Shown piece after piece: positions 38,071-50,837 of a stretch of 64,000 bases of DNA. This DNA is from Octopus bimaculoides. Lineage: Eukaryota. The number at the start of each line of letters is the position of its first letter. The first letter of the stretch is position 1. The notes under the pieces were generated by a model. That model was not told the DNA's origin. It did no database searches and worked only from the letters and a program-made list of their open reading frames with translations. The stretch spans positions 99,951,333 to 100,015,332 of the forward strand of contig NC_068982.1 in the NCBI RefSeq assembly GCF_001194135.2. Reading direction: 5' to 3'. The translations under genes were made by a program, and so were the position numbers.

Positions 38071-38620
38071 TTGGTGACTCCAAGAAAGGAGAACAGCCTT
38101 CACTTCAAGCATCATTACACCCGAACTGGAGAATTGTAGCTTCAATTGATCAGTCATCACACTACCTATGTCTCTGCCGGAACACAACCCAGTGGAAAAC
38201 TCATCCTTGTTCGACATGGCATTCCAGGCAGTGATTGCATTGAAGATTCCACCATTCTGGACACATGATCCCGTATTGTGGTTTTACCACATTGAGGCCC
38301 AGTTTTCTTCGAACTGGATTGTTAGTGATGCAGTTCGTCTAACACACTTGATCAGATCACTATCACCAGAGATTATGAATGTGGTCTGGGATCTGATTTT
38401 GGCACCACCCAGTTCTGTGTCATACGACACGTTCAAAAGTACGCTCATTAAGAGGACTTCAGAGTTACAACAAAAGTGTTTCTGCCAGCTCCTTAAATCA
38501 GAGGAATTAGGAGACAGTGAGCTGACAGAAACTAGAGAGATAGTCACGGACCCAGCAGAGAAAATCTGGCAGAGAGGCAACACAGCAGCAGTGATGGGTG
38601 AACGCACAACCAGAAACAAA
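38071..38620 (+). mobile_element. Ty3/Gypsy LTR-retrotransposon remnant: PBS-like site and gag N-terminus (ORF 38168-38728)
   Basis: LKIPPFWTHDPVLWFYHIEAQF...SLSPEIMNVVWDLILAPP..SYDTFKSTLIKRT...QLLKSEELGD is a classic invertebrate Gypsy Gag N-terminal pattern. tttggtgactcc at about 38070 resembles the TGGTGACCCC PBS. No pol is present. Confidence 0.85.
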
Positions 38621-39761
38621 GTATGTATTTGCGCTGTCTCACCCTGTCAACATTCTCTCAATGCTTTTACTTTCTCTGTTTTAATTTGCACATTTCTCGG
38701 AGTACACAACTTCACTGACTCAAAGTAGTTGGCTACAGACACATTAGACAATGCCGTTCTTGTTATTCAAAACAATTGAACGGTCCTAGAAGGTAATTCT
38801 TTGAGTCGTAGGTCTGCTCATTCAGAGCTGATCTGGAACAAAACAAGTCCCCCAGCACATGCATGCACATACACACACACACATAAACACACACACGTGT
38901 GTACAAGCACACACACACACACACATGCACACATACACACACACACACACCATACATGCACGCATGCACACACGTACACACACACACACATACACACACA
39001 CACACACACGTGTGCACAAGCACACACACAAACGCGCGTGCGCGCACAAACACACACACGCACACGTATAGAAATAGAGCTGCATAGGGTATAGCCTCTT
39101 AGAATTAAAAACTGATCAAGCAGATCTGCTATCAAAGCAGTTCATTCATGACCATCCTTTTCTTTTACTATATCTAGGATTTTATTGTCCAGTGTGTCTT
39201 TAGTTTTTCTCTTTTTCTTTTCTAAGACAACACAGTGTGATTTGAGGGAAATTTGGTTGCTATTTCTAGCAGGTCAAATGACCACATAGAGGTTCCTTCT
39301 TTGACTCAAGAAAGACATTTTGTAATGTTTAATGTCTATTTAAAAACAGTGTAAAACAAAAGGACAATGCAGGAGATTAGATGGGTTTAAAGGTAAATAA
39401 AGTGCAATTAAGAAGTTTTGAAGAACATTACTTTTTGATAATTGCAGTAGAAGAAACAGAAAGACAGAACAGTGCAAAGATAGATCAGAGAATGAAGATT
39501 TAGTGAGGGATGATTACTGATTTTAAATGGAAGATGTCTTTCTTTTGAACACTGTCAAGTGGTACATTATTGAAAGAGCAAGGTGTGCCATCCCAGATAT
39601 GAAAGCATTACATTATTATCATGTATACTTTGACCTTTTTATAATAATGCTCTGTTCCTCAAATTAATCTTATGCAGAATCTTACCAAATCATACTAGAT
39701 AAGTAAATAGTGCTACACTTCCTCCTCCTACTCATCCTCATCCTCCTCCTCCTCATCATTG

Positions 39762-39792
<31 letters not shown>

Positions 39793-39796
39793 TATT

Positions 39797-40236
39797 AAGG
39801 CAGTGAGCTGGCAGAATCGTTAGCATGCTGGGCGAAATGCTTAGCGGTATTTTGTCTGTCGTTACATTCTGAGTTCAAATTCCACCGAGATCAATTTTGT
39901 CTTTTATGCTTTTGGGGCTGATAAGTTAAGTACCAGTGAAGTACTGGAGTCGATGTAATTGACCAGTTCCCTCCCCACAAATTTCAGGCCTTGTGCCTTT
40001 AGAAAAAAGGAGTATTATTATTCTTTTCTATTTTAGGCACAAGGCCTGAAATTTTTGAGGAGGGGGCCAGTCGATTAGATCGACTCCAGTATGCAACTGG
40101 TACTTAATTTATCAACCCCGAAAGGATGAAAGGGAAAGTCGACCTTGACGGAATTTGAACTCAGAATGTAAAGACAGACGAAATACCGCTAAGCATTTTG
40201 CCCAACATGCTAACGTTTCTGCCAGATCACCACTTT
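39797..40236. mobile_element. Inverted (tail-to-tail) pair of SINE family M copies
   Basis: 39797-40015 on + and 40021-40236 on -. Confidence 0.9.
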
Positions 40237-40403
40237 AGGATTATTATTATTATAATTATTATGCATCCATGTATCCATGTTCCTTACTGGCATTGATTAA
40301 AAAATGTAGTTTAGCCTCTGGTCAGCCCTGATCAAACAAGTATTTTAGCTGTGACTGTTTTTTTTTTTTTTTTTTCACATCCTGGAAATCATGGCTCTAC
40401 CAG

Positions 40404-40482
40404 TTGAATTTCCTCAACAAATATCTGGGAAATGCTGATGAATGTAATAAATCATTATTACTTCCTGTTTGGGTTCATTATG
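40404..40482 (+). CDS. Candidate exon 6 (LNFLNKYLGNADECNKSLLLPVWVHY)
   Basis: Acceptor ctctaccag with an upstream poly-T and donor G|gtatat. Phase 0 in, continuing ...EEQKL-LNFLNKYL naturally. Confidence 0.35.
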
Positions 40483-41770
40483 GTATATTTTATTTGAAGG
40501 CTGGCAGCCAGTCAGCAATTTGCAATAAATCAAAAATGGACACATTTACACTTGATGCTCGATTATGGAAACTGAATGTTTTAGACAAATAAAATTTGAT
40601 TCTCAGCAACTGGTTTCATCCCAACATAGTGTTTCTTGGAGCTCATTATCCAATACTTCCTTACTCTTTTAAGACAGTAGTATTTGTGATGTGATTTCAA
40701 GAAGATTTGACTGCTATTTCTACCATGCCAAACAACCACACATCAAAGCATCCAAATTGCCTTTCCTTGTTTTGCATTTTTATGTAGCAGATTGCATTTA
40801 CTTTGCTTAGCATATTGAATGAGAGGTGGGATGCACTATTAATATAAAATAAACTGCTAATAAAATGCAATTTCAAAAAACAAAAAAATTCCAAAAAACA
40901 AAAGATATATTTTAAATCAATAATCATGGACAACAAATTTGGAATTTCTAGCTTTAGTAGTTTTTGAGATATTAAAGTAAACAATCAATTATTTGATTAC
41001 AAATAACAAAAACAACAACAGAACCCCAATTTTTCAGTGCTTGGATATATTAGATGAAGTGGAGTGATGGTAGTGATGTACAAAATTGATAATAAAGCAA
41101 ATCTGAGCTGGAAAACCAAATGTTTGATCTAATTTCGGGCTGGGTCAGAAGGTTCATTGAATCATTAAATGCCTAATGATTTCAGAGTATCTAGTATCAT
41201 GCAGTTAGAATAAGATGGAAAGGGAGTATTTGAGCTCTAAGGAAAATACTGTTGATGAATGAATGTAGCTATTTGTATTTATGTGTTTCTGTGGGGTGGA
41301 TATAGTGGGTAGCATAGCCATGTGGTCAAGAAGTTTATTTCACAATTATGAGGTTCCTAATTTGATTCTTTGGGCAAGTGTTATCTACCATAGCCTAGTG
41401 TTGACTAACACTGTATGAATGCAATTTATAGATGGAAACTGAATGGAAGTTGATCATATGCATTATCATCATTGTCATCATCACCATCTTTTTAACATCC
41501 ATGCTTGCATGGATCAGACAGAATTTGCTGACACAGATGCTCCTCCTTTCACCAACCCTTACCTGTTTCCAAACATGGTAAGAGAAGCTATGACAATTCT
41601 GCTAATCCATCACTCTGGATTAGTTCATTTTTATCTGTCTTGAAAGGCTGAAAGATATAGGTCACCTCAGTGGGATCTAAACTTAGAGCACAGAGAGTCA
41701 GAACAAAAACTGCAAAGCATTCCATCCAATGCTCCAAACTTGTCAATTCACCTGGTATATTGATGTATAT

Positions 41771-42149
41771 GTTGGCACTCTGTCGCTTACGACGTCGAGG
41801 GTTCCAGTTGATCCGATCAATGGAACAGCCTGCTCGTGAAATTAACGTGCAAGTGGCTGAGCACTCCACAGACACGTGTACCCTTAACGTAGTTCTCGGG
41901 GATATTCAGCGTGACACAGTGTGACAAGGTTGACCCTTTGAATTACAGGCACAACAGAAACAGGGAGTAAGAGTGAGAGAAAGTTGAGGCGAAAGAGTAT
42001 AGCAGGGTTCGCCACCATCCCCTGCTGGAGCCTCATGGAGTTTTAGGTGTTTTCGCTCAATAAACACTCACAACGCCCGGTCTGGAAATCGAAACCGCGA
42101 TCCTATGACCGCGAGTCCGCTGCCCTAACCACTGGGCCATTGCGCTTCC
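41771..42149 (-). mobile_element. Full-length tRNA(Arg)-like SINE family R with 12-bp TSD
   Basis: Head gcgcaatggcccagtggttagggcagcggactcgcgg (TCG at the anticodon position), B box gtttcgattcc, and TSD attgatgtatat (41759-41770, 42152-42163). Confidence 0.92.
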
Positions 42150-42519
42150 ACATTGATGTATATATATGCAACAAAACCTCCATAAACTAGAAACTCTTAT
42201 AAATATTGCTCTGGCAAGAATCAGAATTACATTGAAGGAGTACAGTATCAATGTATGAAATAAAATGGCAACAAAACTATCATAAACCAAGGAACAAAGA
42301 ATCTTTAATAAGTTCACTTCAACAAGAATGAAGGATCTTTTAGAATAAGATCACAGGATATAAAAAATGCACAGACAACAAGGATATCAAGACAAGTGGA
42401 TATCATAATGGTTTTGACACCAGGGTAGTACCAGTCAAGTCAGTGGTGTCAACAGCATAAAAAACATAAACACTATCTGGAAATTAATTCACAAGGAGAA
42501 GGTGTGAAACATATATATA

Positions 42520-44043
42520 TATATATGTATGTATGTAAATATGTGACAATTATTCAGTAGCCATGATAAAACTCCGAGTTTCGGATATCGGGGCGGAAAC
42601 CCACGCTGCCATCTCTTCAGTTATCTGGCCATCGAAAAAATGCGATAAAAATGACCGTTAAACAAAGGGAAATTACTATGCGATTGACCGTTATTAAGAC
42701 AAAAGAGCTTTTAGAATGACCGCTAAGTGAGGGGAGGGAGTAAAGGTAAGAGAGTAAAAATGTTCATAGTATTCGTATAAGCGCACAAGTCCATACATGC
42801 ACATGCGCACCCACACACCCATGTACATGTGCCTATATGTATATACTCATCCACCCTCACTCGAAACACACACATGCTCACCCACACATTTGCCAATAAA
42901 TATATACATACCCCACATACACGCTCGCACACACACGTGCACGAAAAAGGTTCATCCGCACGTCTATATATGCACATGCACAAGAAAAATCAGCACTAAA
43001 GACAAAATACAGAAAAAAGTGTGAAAAATGTGTAAAAAAGCAATAAGAGTAAAACATGTCTATATATGCACATATTCGCATGCACGCACACACACACATC
43101 TATATACACACATACCCACACACACACACATCCGAAAGCACGCACAAAAGGTTCCATATACACGTCTATGTGCACAGGAAAAATGCAGAGTGGAAGGTAG
43201 AAGACAGAAAAAATATGTGTAAAAAATATATGAGCAATAGAACTATAAAACAATATTTATATAAATATGTAAAAAAATATAAAAAATATATAAGAGATAT
43301 AAGTAAAAAGTATAGAGAGATAAAAAGCTTGTATGTGGACACATTATAGAAAGCAAGTCCTATTTGTAATCTCGGGGGGACCAAAAACATAACAAATATT
43401 TAGCCACATGTGGGCATGATCTGAAAAGTTCAGTTCTTGAATTTAGACATTCTGTTTTTGAATTTAGACATCTGCTTTTCCAGATAAGCCATCTTTCCAT
43501 ATCACAAAGACTGTACTTTCCACTGCCGTTGGTGTAGGGCTTACACTTGGCTAAGATCTTCCAATGGATGTTGTAACTGACACCTTTATCTTTTAAGGAC
43601 CATATATGACTGGATAATTTGGTCGTTTTCCTTTTATCCCAGTGCCTGAAGCTCAAGGTATGATTATTGAACCTGGCCTTGAAATTACCCTCTGTAAGGC
43701 CCACGTATTTCTTTGTCGAAACTGTGTCCTTAGTGGATATAAAGTCCACGGTGGCTTCATAAATGATGGTCTCAGACATGCAAGCTCCATTTAGCGGGCA
43801 CAAATTTTTATCTCTGCATGAACAGCTGGTTTCATATTGTGGTTTTTGTGTGTTTTGTGCGATTATATTCTTAAAATTAGTAGTTGAGCTAAAACTGATT
43901 TTTAAGTTATGTCTATTGAAGAGCTTTCTGTAACTATGGTTGACTGGAAAATGTCTATCTATCAGTGCTAAGAAATACTTGCCTATATTGAAGGTCACTT
44001 CGAGTGACTAGGGAGGTGTAAACCAGATAGTTTTCCTATTCCT
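42520..44043 (-). mobile_element. 5'-truncated Penelope-like element: RT thumb/linker, GIY-YIG endonuclease, 3' UTR and hammerhead
   Basis: The ORF at 43360-44043 reads RKTIWFTPP*SLEVTFNIGKYFL..IDRHFP...CSCRDKNLCPLNGAC..IIYEATV..KKYVGLTEGNFKARFNNH..SF...LSSHIWSLK...LC..ERWLI...LNSRTELF.SCPH. It has one in-frame stop near the 5' end. Confidence 0.92.
42561..42628 (-). ncRNA. Type I hammerhead ribozyme at the PLE 3' end
   Basis: cca-gataa-CTGAAGA-gatg...tatc-c-GAAA-ctcggag-TT-ttatc-a-tgg. Stem I is gataa/ttatc plus cca/tgg. Stem II is imperfect by one nucleotide. Confidence 0.75.
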
Positions 44044-44074
44044 ATGTTTCCTTTTCTTTATTATTGGACTGGTG

Positions 44075-44625
44075 GCAGGTGTATAGGTTATGCACGATTA
44101 GACTGAGAAAGTTTGTGTAGAACCCATTAACCCAATTTGCTGACATTTCTGATGGCATACAGGTGTCAATGAATGGCTGAATGACCAAATCCAAGTTCCA
44201 CCAGGGTTTGCAGAACATCCTCATTGAGCTCTACAGATCTTTCAGGATGAGGCTGGTCTTCTAGGTTGTAGTTTCTTGCTTGGAATTTCTGGAACCGCTG
44301 TTGACACTGGCTTACACTTATTGTCCAATTCCCATATACTGCATTGATATTCCTCACATTTTCTGTTGCGTTGTTGCAGTTATTGAACTCATAAAAGCAA
44401 AATATGCTGAATATGCTCCTTTGTCACTTCCATTATAGCTTTGAAAAAATTACTGTTAAAATCGAACTGTACTCTTCAAAACTTGCACTAAGAATAAGGA
44501 CAAGGTAAAATTACTACCGGCTTTTATAGCAACTTGATGCAGGTAGTTAATCCAACCCCTTCCAACTTTTAGTTCAGGCAATTGAAAAAAAATGCATTAT
44601 TTATGAGATAACCCATTATATATAT
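44075..44625 (-). mobile_element. mariner element 5' portion (TIR, HTH, up to the WVPH-like motif)
   Basis: MEVTKEHI.HIL...RNINAVYG..TISVSQCQQRFQKF...VSKLG*WVLHKLSQSNR. It is the same family as 58234-58810. Confidence 0.9.
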
Positions 44626-45546
44626 AATGTATGTATGCACACATGCACACACACACACGCACTCACAAATACCTTATTTTATGCCACCTTTGAATGAAAC
44701 ATTGTCATAATGAAGCTTAATCTTTCAGTAACTGAACAGCTAAAAATATCCAAAAACTAAACCTGGACTTTTCCTGATTGCTATAAAGATTTATCGATTG
44801 CTGTAGGATCATTTTGAATATCTGTATATTTCCTTCAATAATTAAAAAAAATAATAAAGATAAGCATAAAATAATGTTTTACCAACCTCTGATAATAATC
44901 TTTTTTTAATAATGAATTAATAAAACAGAACTTGTTAATTTCATTGAGATATAAGCGTATAAATATGTATATGTAGACTGCTATGGGAATAACTAATAAA
45001 TGGAAATAACTGAAAATGGGTGTGTCAAACAAAAATACCTTGTGGTATATATATAGTTCATCAATTTACATCCCCTCTGTGAACTCAACGAATTTAACTA
45101 TTTGATAAAGATCAATAAATAAAAACTAGACTAATAACTGGGGTTAGCATAATTGACTAAATCCCTTGAAGGCAGCCCCCAGCAAAGTTGCAGTCCAATG
45201 ACTAAAGCCAATAGGAGTAAAAGAATATATATCCATGCACGCATACATTTGGATGAATGGATAGGTGGACAGAGGGATCGATGGAAAGCAATGGAAAAGT
45301 GAGAACTGGATAAGCATACAAATAAATATAGAAAAAGAGAGAAAGAAAAATAGAAAACCTGTTGAGAGATAGATTTGGAGAGTGATAAATTGAGAGGGAT
45401 AGACAGGCGAAAGTAGACTGAGAAAAAGAAAGGCAGACAGTGAGAGAGACAGAAATAAATTGGTATAAAGAGTGAGAGGAAGAGAGAGAGGGACGCATAT
45501 GAGAGCAAAAATTGAAATAAATGGCTAAACACATACACACACACAT

Positions 45547-45600
<54 letters not shown>

Positions 45601-47419
45601 ATAGCTTATGTTAATATGGATTAGAAAATCAGTCCCATTCAAGACTTAGTGATTCAAAACAACAGTGGTCAGTCAGTGATAAAACACTAGTCTCGACATC
45701 ACGTGAAAAATATTCAGTTGATGACTCATTCCATTCATTCTATGGAAAATAAGGCNNNNNNNNNNNNNNNNNNNNNNNNNNNNNNNNNNNNNNNNNNNNN
45801 NNNNNNNNNNNNNNNNNNNNNNNNNNNNNNNNNNNNNNNNNNNNNNNNNNNNNNNNNNNNNNNNNNNNNNNNNNNNNNNNNNNNNNNNNNNNNNNNNNNN
45901 NNNNNNNNNNNNNNNNNNNNNNNNNNNNNNNNNNNNNNNNNNNNNNNNNNNNNNNNNNNNNNNNNNNNNNNNNNNNNNNNNNNNNNNNNNNNNNNNNNNN
46001 NNNNNNNNNNNNNNNNNNNNNNNNNNNNNNNNNNNNNNNNNNNNNNNNNNNNNNNNNNNNNNNNNNNNNNNNNNNNNNNNNNNNNNNNNNNNNNNNNNNN
46101 NNNNNNNNNNNNNNNNNNNNNNNNNNNNNNNNNNNNNNNNNNNNNNNNNNNNNNNNNNNNNNNNNNNNNNNNNNNNNNNNNNNNNNNNNNNNNNNNNNNN
46201 NNNNNNNNNNNNNNNNNNNNNNNNNNNNNNNNNNNNNNNNNNNNNNNNNNNNNNNNNNNNNNNNNNNNNNNNNNNNNNNNNNNNNNNNNNNNNNNNNNNN
46301 NNNNNNNNNNNNNNNNNNNNNNNNNNNNNNNNNNNNNNNNNNNNNNNNNNNNNNNNNNNNNNNNNNNNNNNNNNNNNNNNNNNNNNNNNNNNNNNNNNNN
46401 NNNNNNNNNNNNNNNNNNNNNNNNNNNNNNNNNNNNNNNNNNNNNNNNNNNNNNNNNNNNNNNNNNNNNNNNNNNNNNNNNNNNNNNNNNNNNNNNNNNN
46501 NNNNNNNNTATATATATATATATATTTATATAATGTATGTATGTATGTATTAGTGACAGAGCCAGTATTAATGTCAACTCTAGCAGTCAAGTGTCCATCA
46601 TTGACAAGGCCAATGTTGAAATCACTTGATCTGGTGATCTTGGCAAGATTTTTCTCCCCAATAGCAATAAAAACAAGAAAGCATTTTGCACCATAACGCC
46701 AATATGAGAGTTTCGCTCATGGTATCTACCACAGTATAGTCTGTTCTAACAGAACATCCATATTTGTGGAGGCATGTGGCTTAGCCATTAGAGTGTTGGA
46801 CTCATGATTGTAAGATTGTGCTTTCAATTTCTGGACCAAGCAGTGCGTTGTGTTCTTGAGCAAAACACTTCATTTCATGTTGCTCCAGTCCACTGAGCTG
46901 GCAAAATGAGTAATCCTGCAACAGACCGGCATCCAGTCCACGAAGGGAACTTATATGCCATGCAAACTGAGAAACTGGCCCTTATGAGCTGGCATGGCTC
47001 AAGAAGGAAGAACAAAGTAACATCCACATTTAAGTGGGGATAAAAATGCTTAATGGCATTTCTTCTGGCTCCTTATGTTCCGAGTTCAAGTCCCACTGAG
47101 ATCAACTTTACCTTTGATGCTTTCAGGGTTGGTAAAATAAAGTACCAGTCAAGTACTGGAGTCGATGCAATTGACTGACCCCACCCCACACTGCCAAAAA
47201 TTGCTGAACTTGTGCCAAAATTTGAAACTACTATTTTAGCTCCTGAGATACATTAAGACATTATTGATTATTGACATAGACCAAATACTCAAATTTTGTT
47301 GATGCATATAATTAGTTAGATCAATCCAGGATATTACTGGCACTTATTTAATTACCTCCTGAAAGTTGAAAAACCAAGCTGACCATGTTGGGATTTGACC
47401 TCCAAATATAAAGGTGCAG

Positions 47420-48090
47420 GTGACACATGAAATCTTTCGAGCGAGATTGTTGCCGGTGCCCCTGGGTTGGCTCTTGTGCGGGGCCGTCGTAGGATTTTTG
47501 AGCGAGATCGTTGCCAGTGCCCCTGGACTGACTCATGTGCGGGTGACACATGAGGTTTTTCGAGCTAGATCGTTGCCAGTGCCCCTGGACTCGCTCATGT
47601 GCGGGCGACACANNNNNNNNNNNNNNNNNNNNNNNNNNNNNNNNNNNNNNNNNNNNNNNNNNNNNNNNNNNNNNNNNNNNNNNNNNNNNNNNNNNNNNNN
47701 NNNNNNNNNNNNNNNNNNNNNNNNNNNNNNNNNNNNNNNNNNNNNNNNNNNNNNNNNNNNNNNNNNNNNNNNNNNNNNNNNNNNNNNNNNNNNNNNNNNN
47801 NNNNNNNNNNNNNNNNNNNNNNNNNNNNNNNNNNNNNNNNNNNNNNNNNNNNNNNNNNNNNNNNNNNNNNNNNNNNNNNNNNNNNNNNNNNNNNNNNNNN
47901 NNACACGTAAAAGCACCCACTACACTCTCTGAGTGGTTGGCGTTAGGAAGGGCATCCAGCTGTAGAAACTCTGCCAAATTAGATTGGAGCCTGGTGTAGC
48001 CATCTGGTTTCACCAGTCCTCAGTCAAATCGTCCAACCCATGCTAGCATGGAAAGCGGACATTAAACGACGACATCAACGACGATGACAG
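47420..48090 (+). mobile_element. RTE tail with a tandem array of about 60-bp GC-rich subunits (gap inside)
   Basis: At least three copies of gtgacacatga...tttcgagcgagatcgttgccagtgcccctggactgactcatgtgcgg lie before the gap, and the standard RTE tail follows it. Confidence 0.85.
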
Positions 48091-49826
48091 CTAAACATTG
48101 CAAAGCATTTTGTATGACATTCTTCCAATTCTGCTAATTCACCACCATCCACCAAAATATGTATTGTCATCGCTATTCTTGTTATTGTATAGTTGTTGCT
48201 AGTGGGGGTGTTGGCATCATAATTGATGTTATCATAATCATCATCATAATCTTCATCATCATAATCTTCATCATCATCATCATCATCCTCATTATCATTT
48301 TGATATCAGTTTCCAACATTAACTTGAGTTAGGTAAGCTTTTAGTATGGTATCTCTCCCAAAGGAGCGAGCTGGCAGTATCATTAGCACACTGGGTAAAA
48401 TGCTTAACAGCATCACATTCTGAGTTCAAACTCCATCAAGGTCGATTTTGCTTTTCATCCTTCCAGAGTCAATGAAATAAGTACCAGTTGAGCACTGGAG
48501 TCAATGTAATTGACTTAACCCGTCCCTTCGAAATTACTGGCCTTGTGTCTAAATGTGGTATCCCTCCCTAAAACCAATATAGTATCCCTCCCTGAACTTT
48601 GAAGCTTAATATTCCCTCAGAGCTGACATCTTTCTCACAAGTTTCCTTTTAATTGTCTAATTCTTGGTCAAATTCTACAATAACTTTTCCTTGTCATCAA
48701 GAAGAAACATTTTCTTTCATCATGTCCATATCAATACAGCTGTCTCTGCATACATCAACCAGCATTCACCTCTCAGTTCTAATCAACATCATCATCATCA
48801 TCATATGACATCCCCTTTCTCTGCTTGCATGAGTTGAATCTGTTGTTACTACTCTCGAAGATGAATCAGAGATCCACATCTTATTCATACGATTCATTTT
48901 AGATGCAATTTCCTTATGCCTTAATTAGACTTAATTTCCTAATGCCAATCACTTTACAGAATGTACTGGATGCAATTTTTCATGGCACCAGCACTAAAGA
49001 GGTTGTCCTGACTTTCAAAAGACTAAAGAGTCCCCTCAATCCTTCTGTTAATAAAGTATACTGGGTGCATTCTTTTGTTGCACCAACATATAAGAAGATA
49101 AAGATGAGAAACTCACAGTTAACAGGAATTCTTCTGTCCAAGTTCTGTAGCTTGGCATTTGTCCATTTCAGAAAGGGAGCAGGGTACCTTAATACTGGCA
49201 TAGCCCAGGTATTTATTGCTTAAATGATCTTCCCTCAATAACAATAATAATAATGGACTCTCTTGTCGAAGATGACATATGAGTGTTCAGTTTTTGCTGA
49301 ACGACCAGGACAAAATGATTTTTTATAGTGATCAAATGTATATGCTGTGCATTAGCTCATTCCCTCCATCAAATCGATATTACCTGAACAGGTACATGGT
49401 GTACCACACATCAGATGTTGAAGTCATCACAGAGCAATGTCAAATAAAGTGTTCTGTTAAAGAACACAATACATCACCTGGTCTAGGAATTGAAACCACG
49501 ATCTCGTGATCATGAGTGCGACATCCTAACTACTAGGCTATAATACATCCCCATAATAATAATAGTAATAATAATAATTGTTACAAATTTTGGCACAAGG
49601 CCAGCAATTTTAAGGGGGAGTGGGTAATCAATTACATTAACCACCCTGTATTTTACTGTACTTCATTTTAACGACTCCAAAAACAGGATGAAAGTAAAAT
49701 TGACTTTGGCGGGATTTGAATTGAATATGTAAAGAGCTAGAAGAAACACCACTAAGCATTTTATTTGCTGTACAAACAGTTTTCCAGCTCATTGCCTTCA
49801 TAATAATAATGATGATGATGATAATG

Positions 49827-49879
<53 letters not shown>

Positions 49880-50149
49880 CACAACAATAATGAACAGAAG
49901 TGAACTAATAACCTAAATTACACTGACCTTGTTGTTGAATTATAATTATGATAACAATTAAATAATTTGTCTGTCGTCCCATTTATAATTGGTCATTGAT
50001 AAATTGCTTATAATGATAGACAGACATAAACACATTCCTGAAAGTAGCAATACTATGATCTGTAAATAATGTTAAGACATTCTGGTAAAACATTTCCTTG
50101 GAGAAAGAAAACTCTTGATATATTTCTCAAGGCATGAAATAATAATAAC

Positions 50150-50766
50150 AATATGCTTGTGAAAGTCTTGTGCAGAAAGAGTACACACACAGACATGACA
50201 AGGTAGCCCAAAACCTTCACTGGCTACTATGTCAGAAGTATGGATACGAGGTAACAGGTGCTTGGTACCAACATACACCAGAGAAGGTAATGGACAAAAA
50301 CGGAAAAGCAAAAATCCTCTGGGACTTTGACTTTCAGACAAAGAAGGTGTTAGAGCATCAAGGGTCAAATATAGTGACCTTTAGGAGGGAGATTATTAGT
50401 GCCTAATAATCGATGTCGCAGTGTCAGGAGATCAACATATTATCATGAAAGAAAGAAAAAAAGATTGTTAAATATGGAGACTTGTGAATTGAGATCACCA
50501 AGATGTGGCAGCTACTAGAGTCAAAGATAAAGATTTTCCCTGTTGTCACCAGAGTATTGGGTTTAATACCGCCCAACCTGAAGAAACATCTGGAAACTTT
50601 AGAAATACCCTACAATCTAGGTGTATTGCAAAAACCAACATTATTTGGAACTACATGCATATTGCATAAAGTACTGTCTGTCTGAGGTCCTTGTTGTGAC
50701 TTGACAGACAGTACACAATATCTTTAATCGACAATATCACAATATTGGATACTGTGTGACGTCTTA

Positions 50767-50837
<71 letters not shown>

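Noticed and set aside
41645-41752. Plus-strand exon-like frame AERYRSPQWDLNLEHRESEQKL
   Set aside because: The sequence is an eroded minus-strand SINE family M copy.
47420-47612. Regularly spaced ~60-bp repeats resembling a CRISPR array
   Set aside because: The units are tandem with no unique spacers, lie in an RTE 3' UTR, have no cas genes nearby, and sit in a eukaryotic context.
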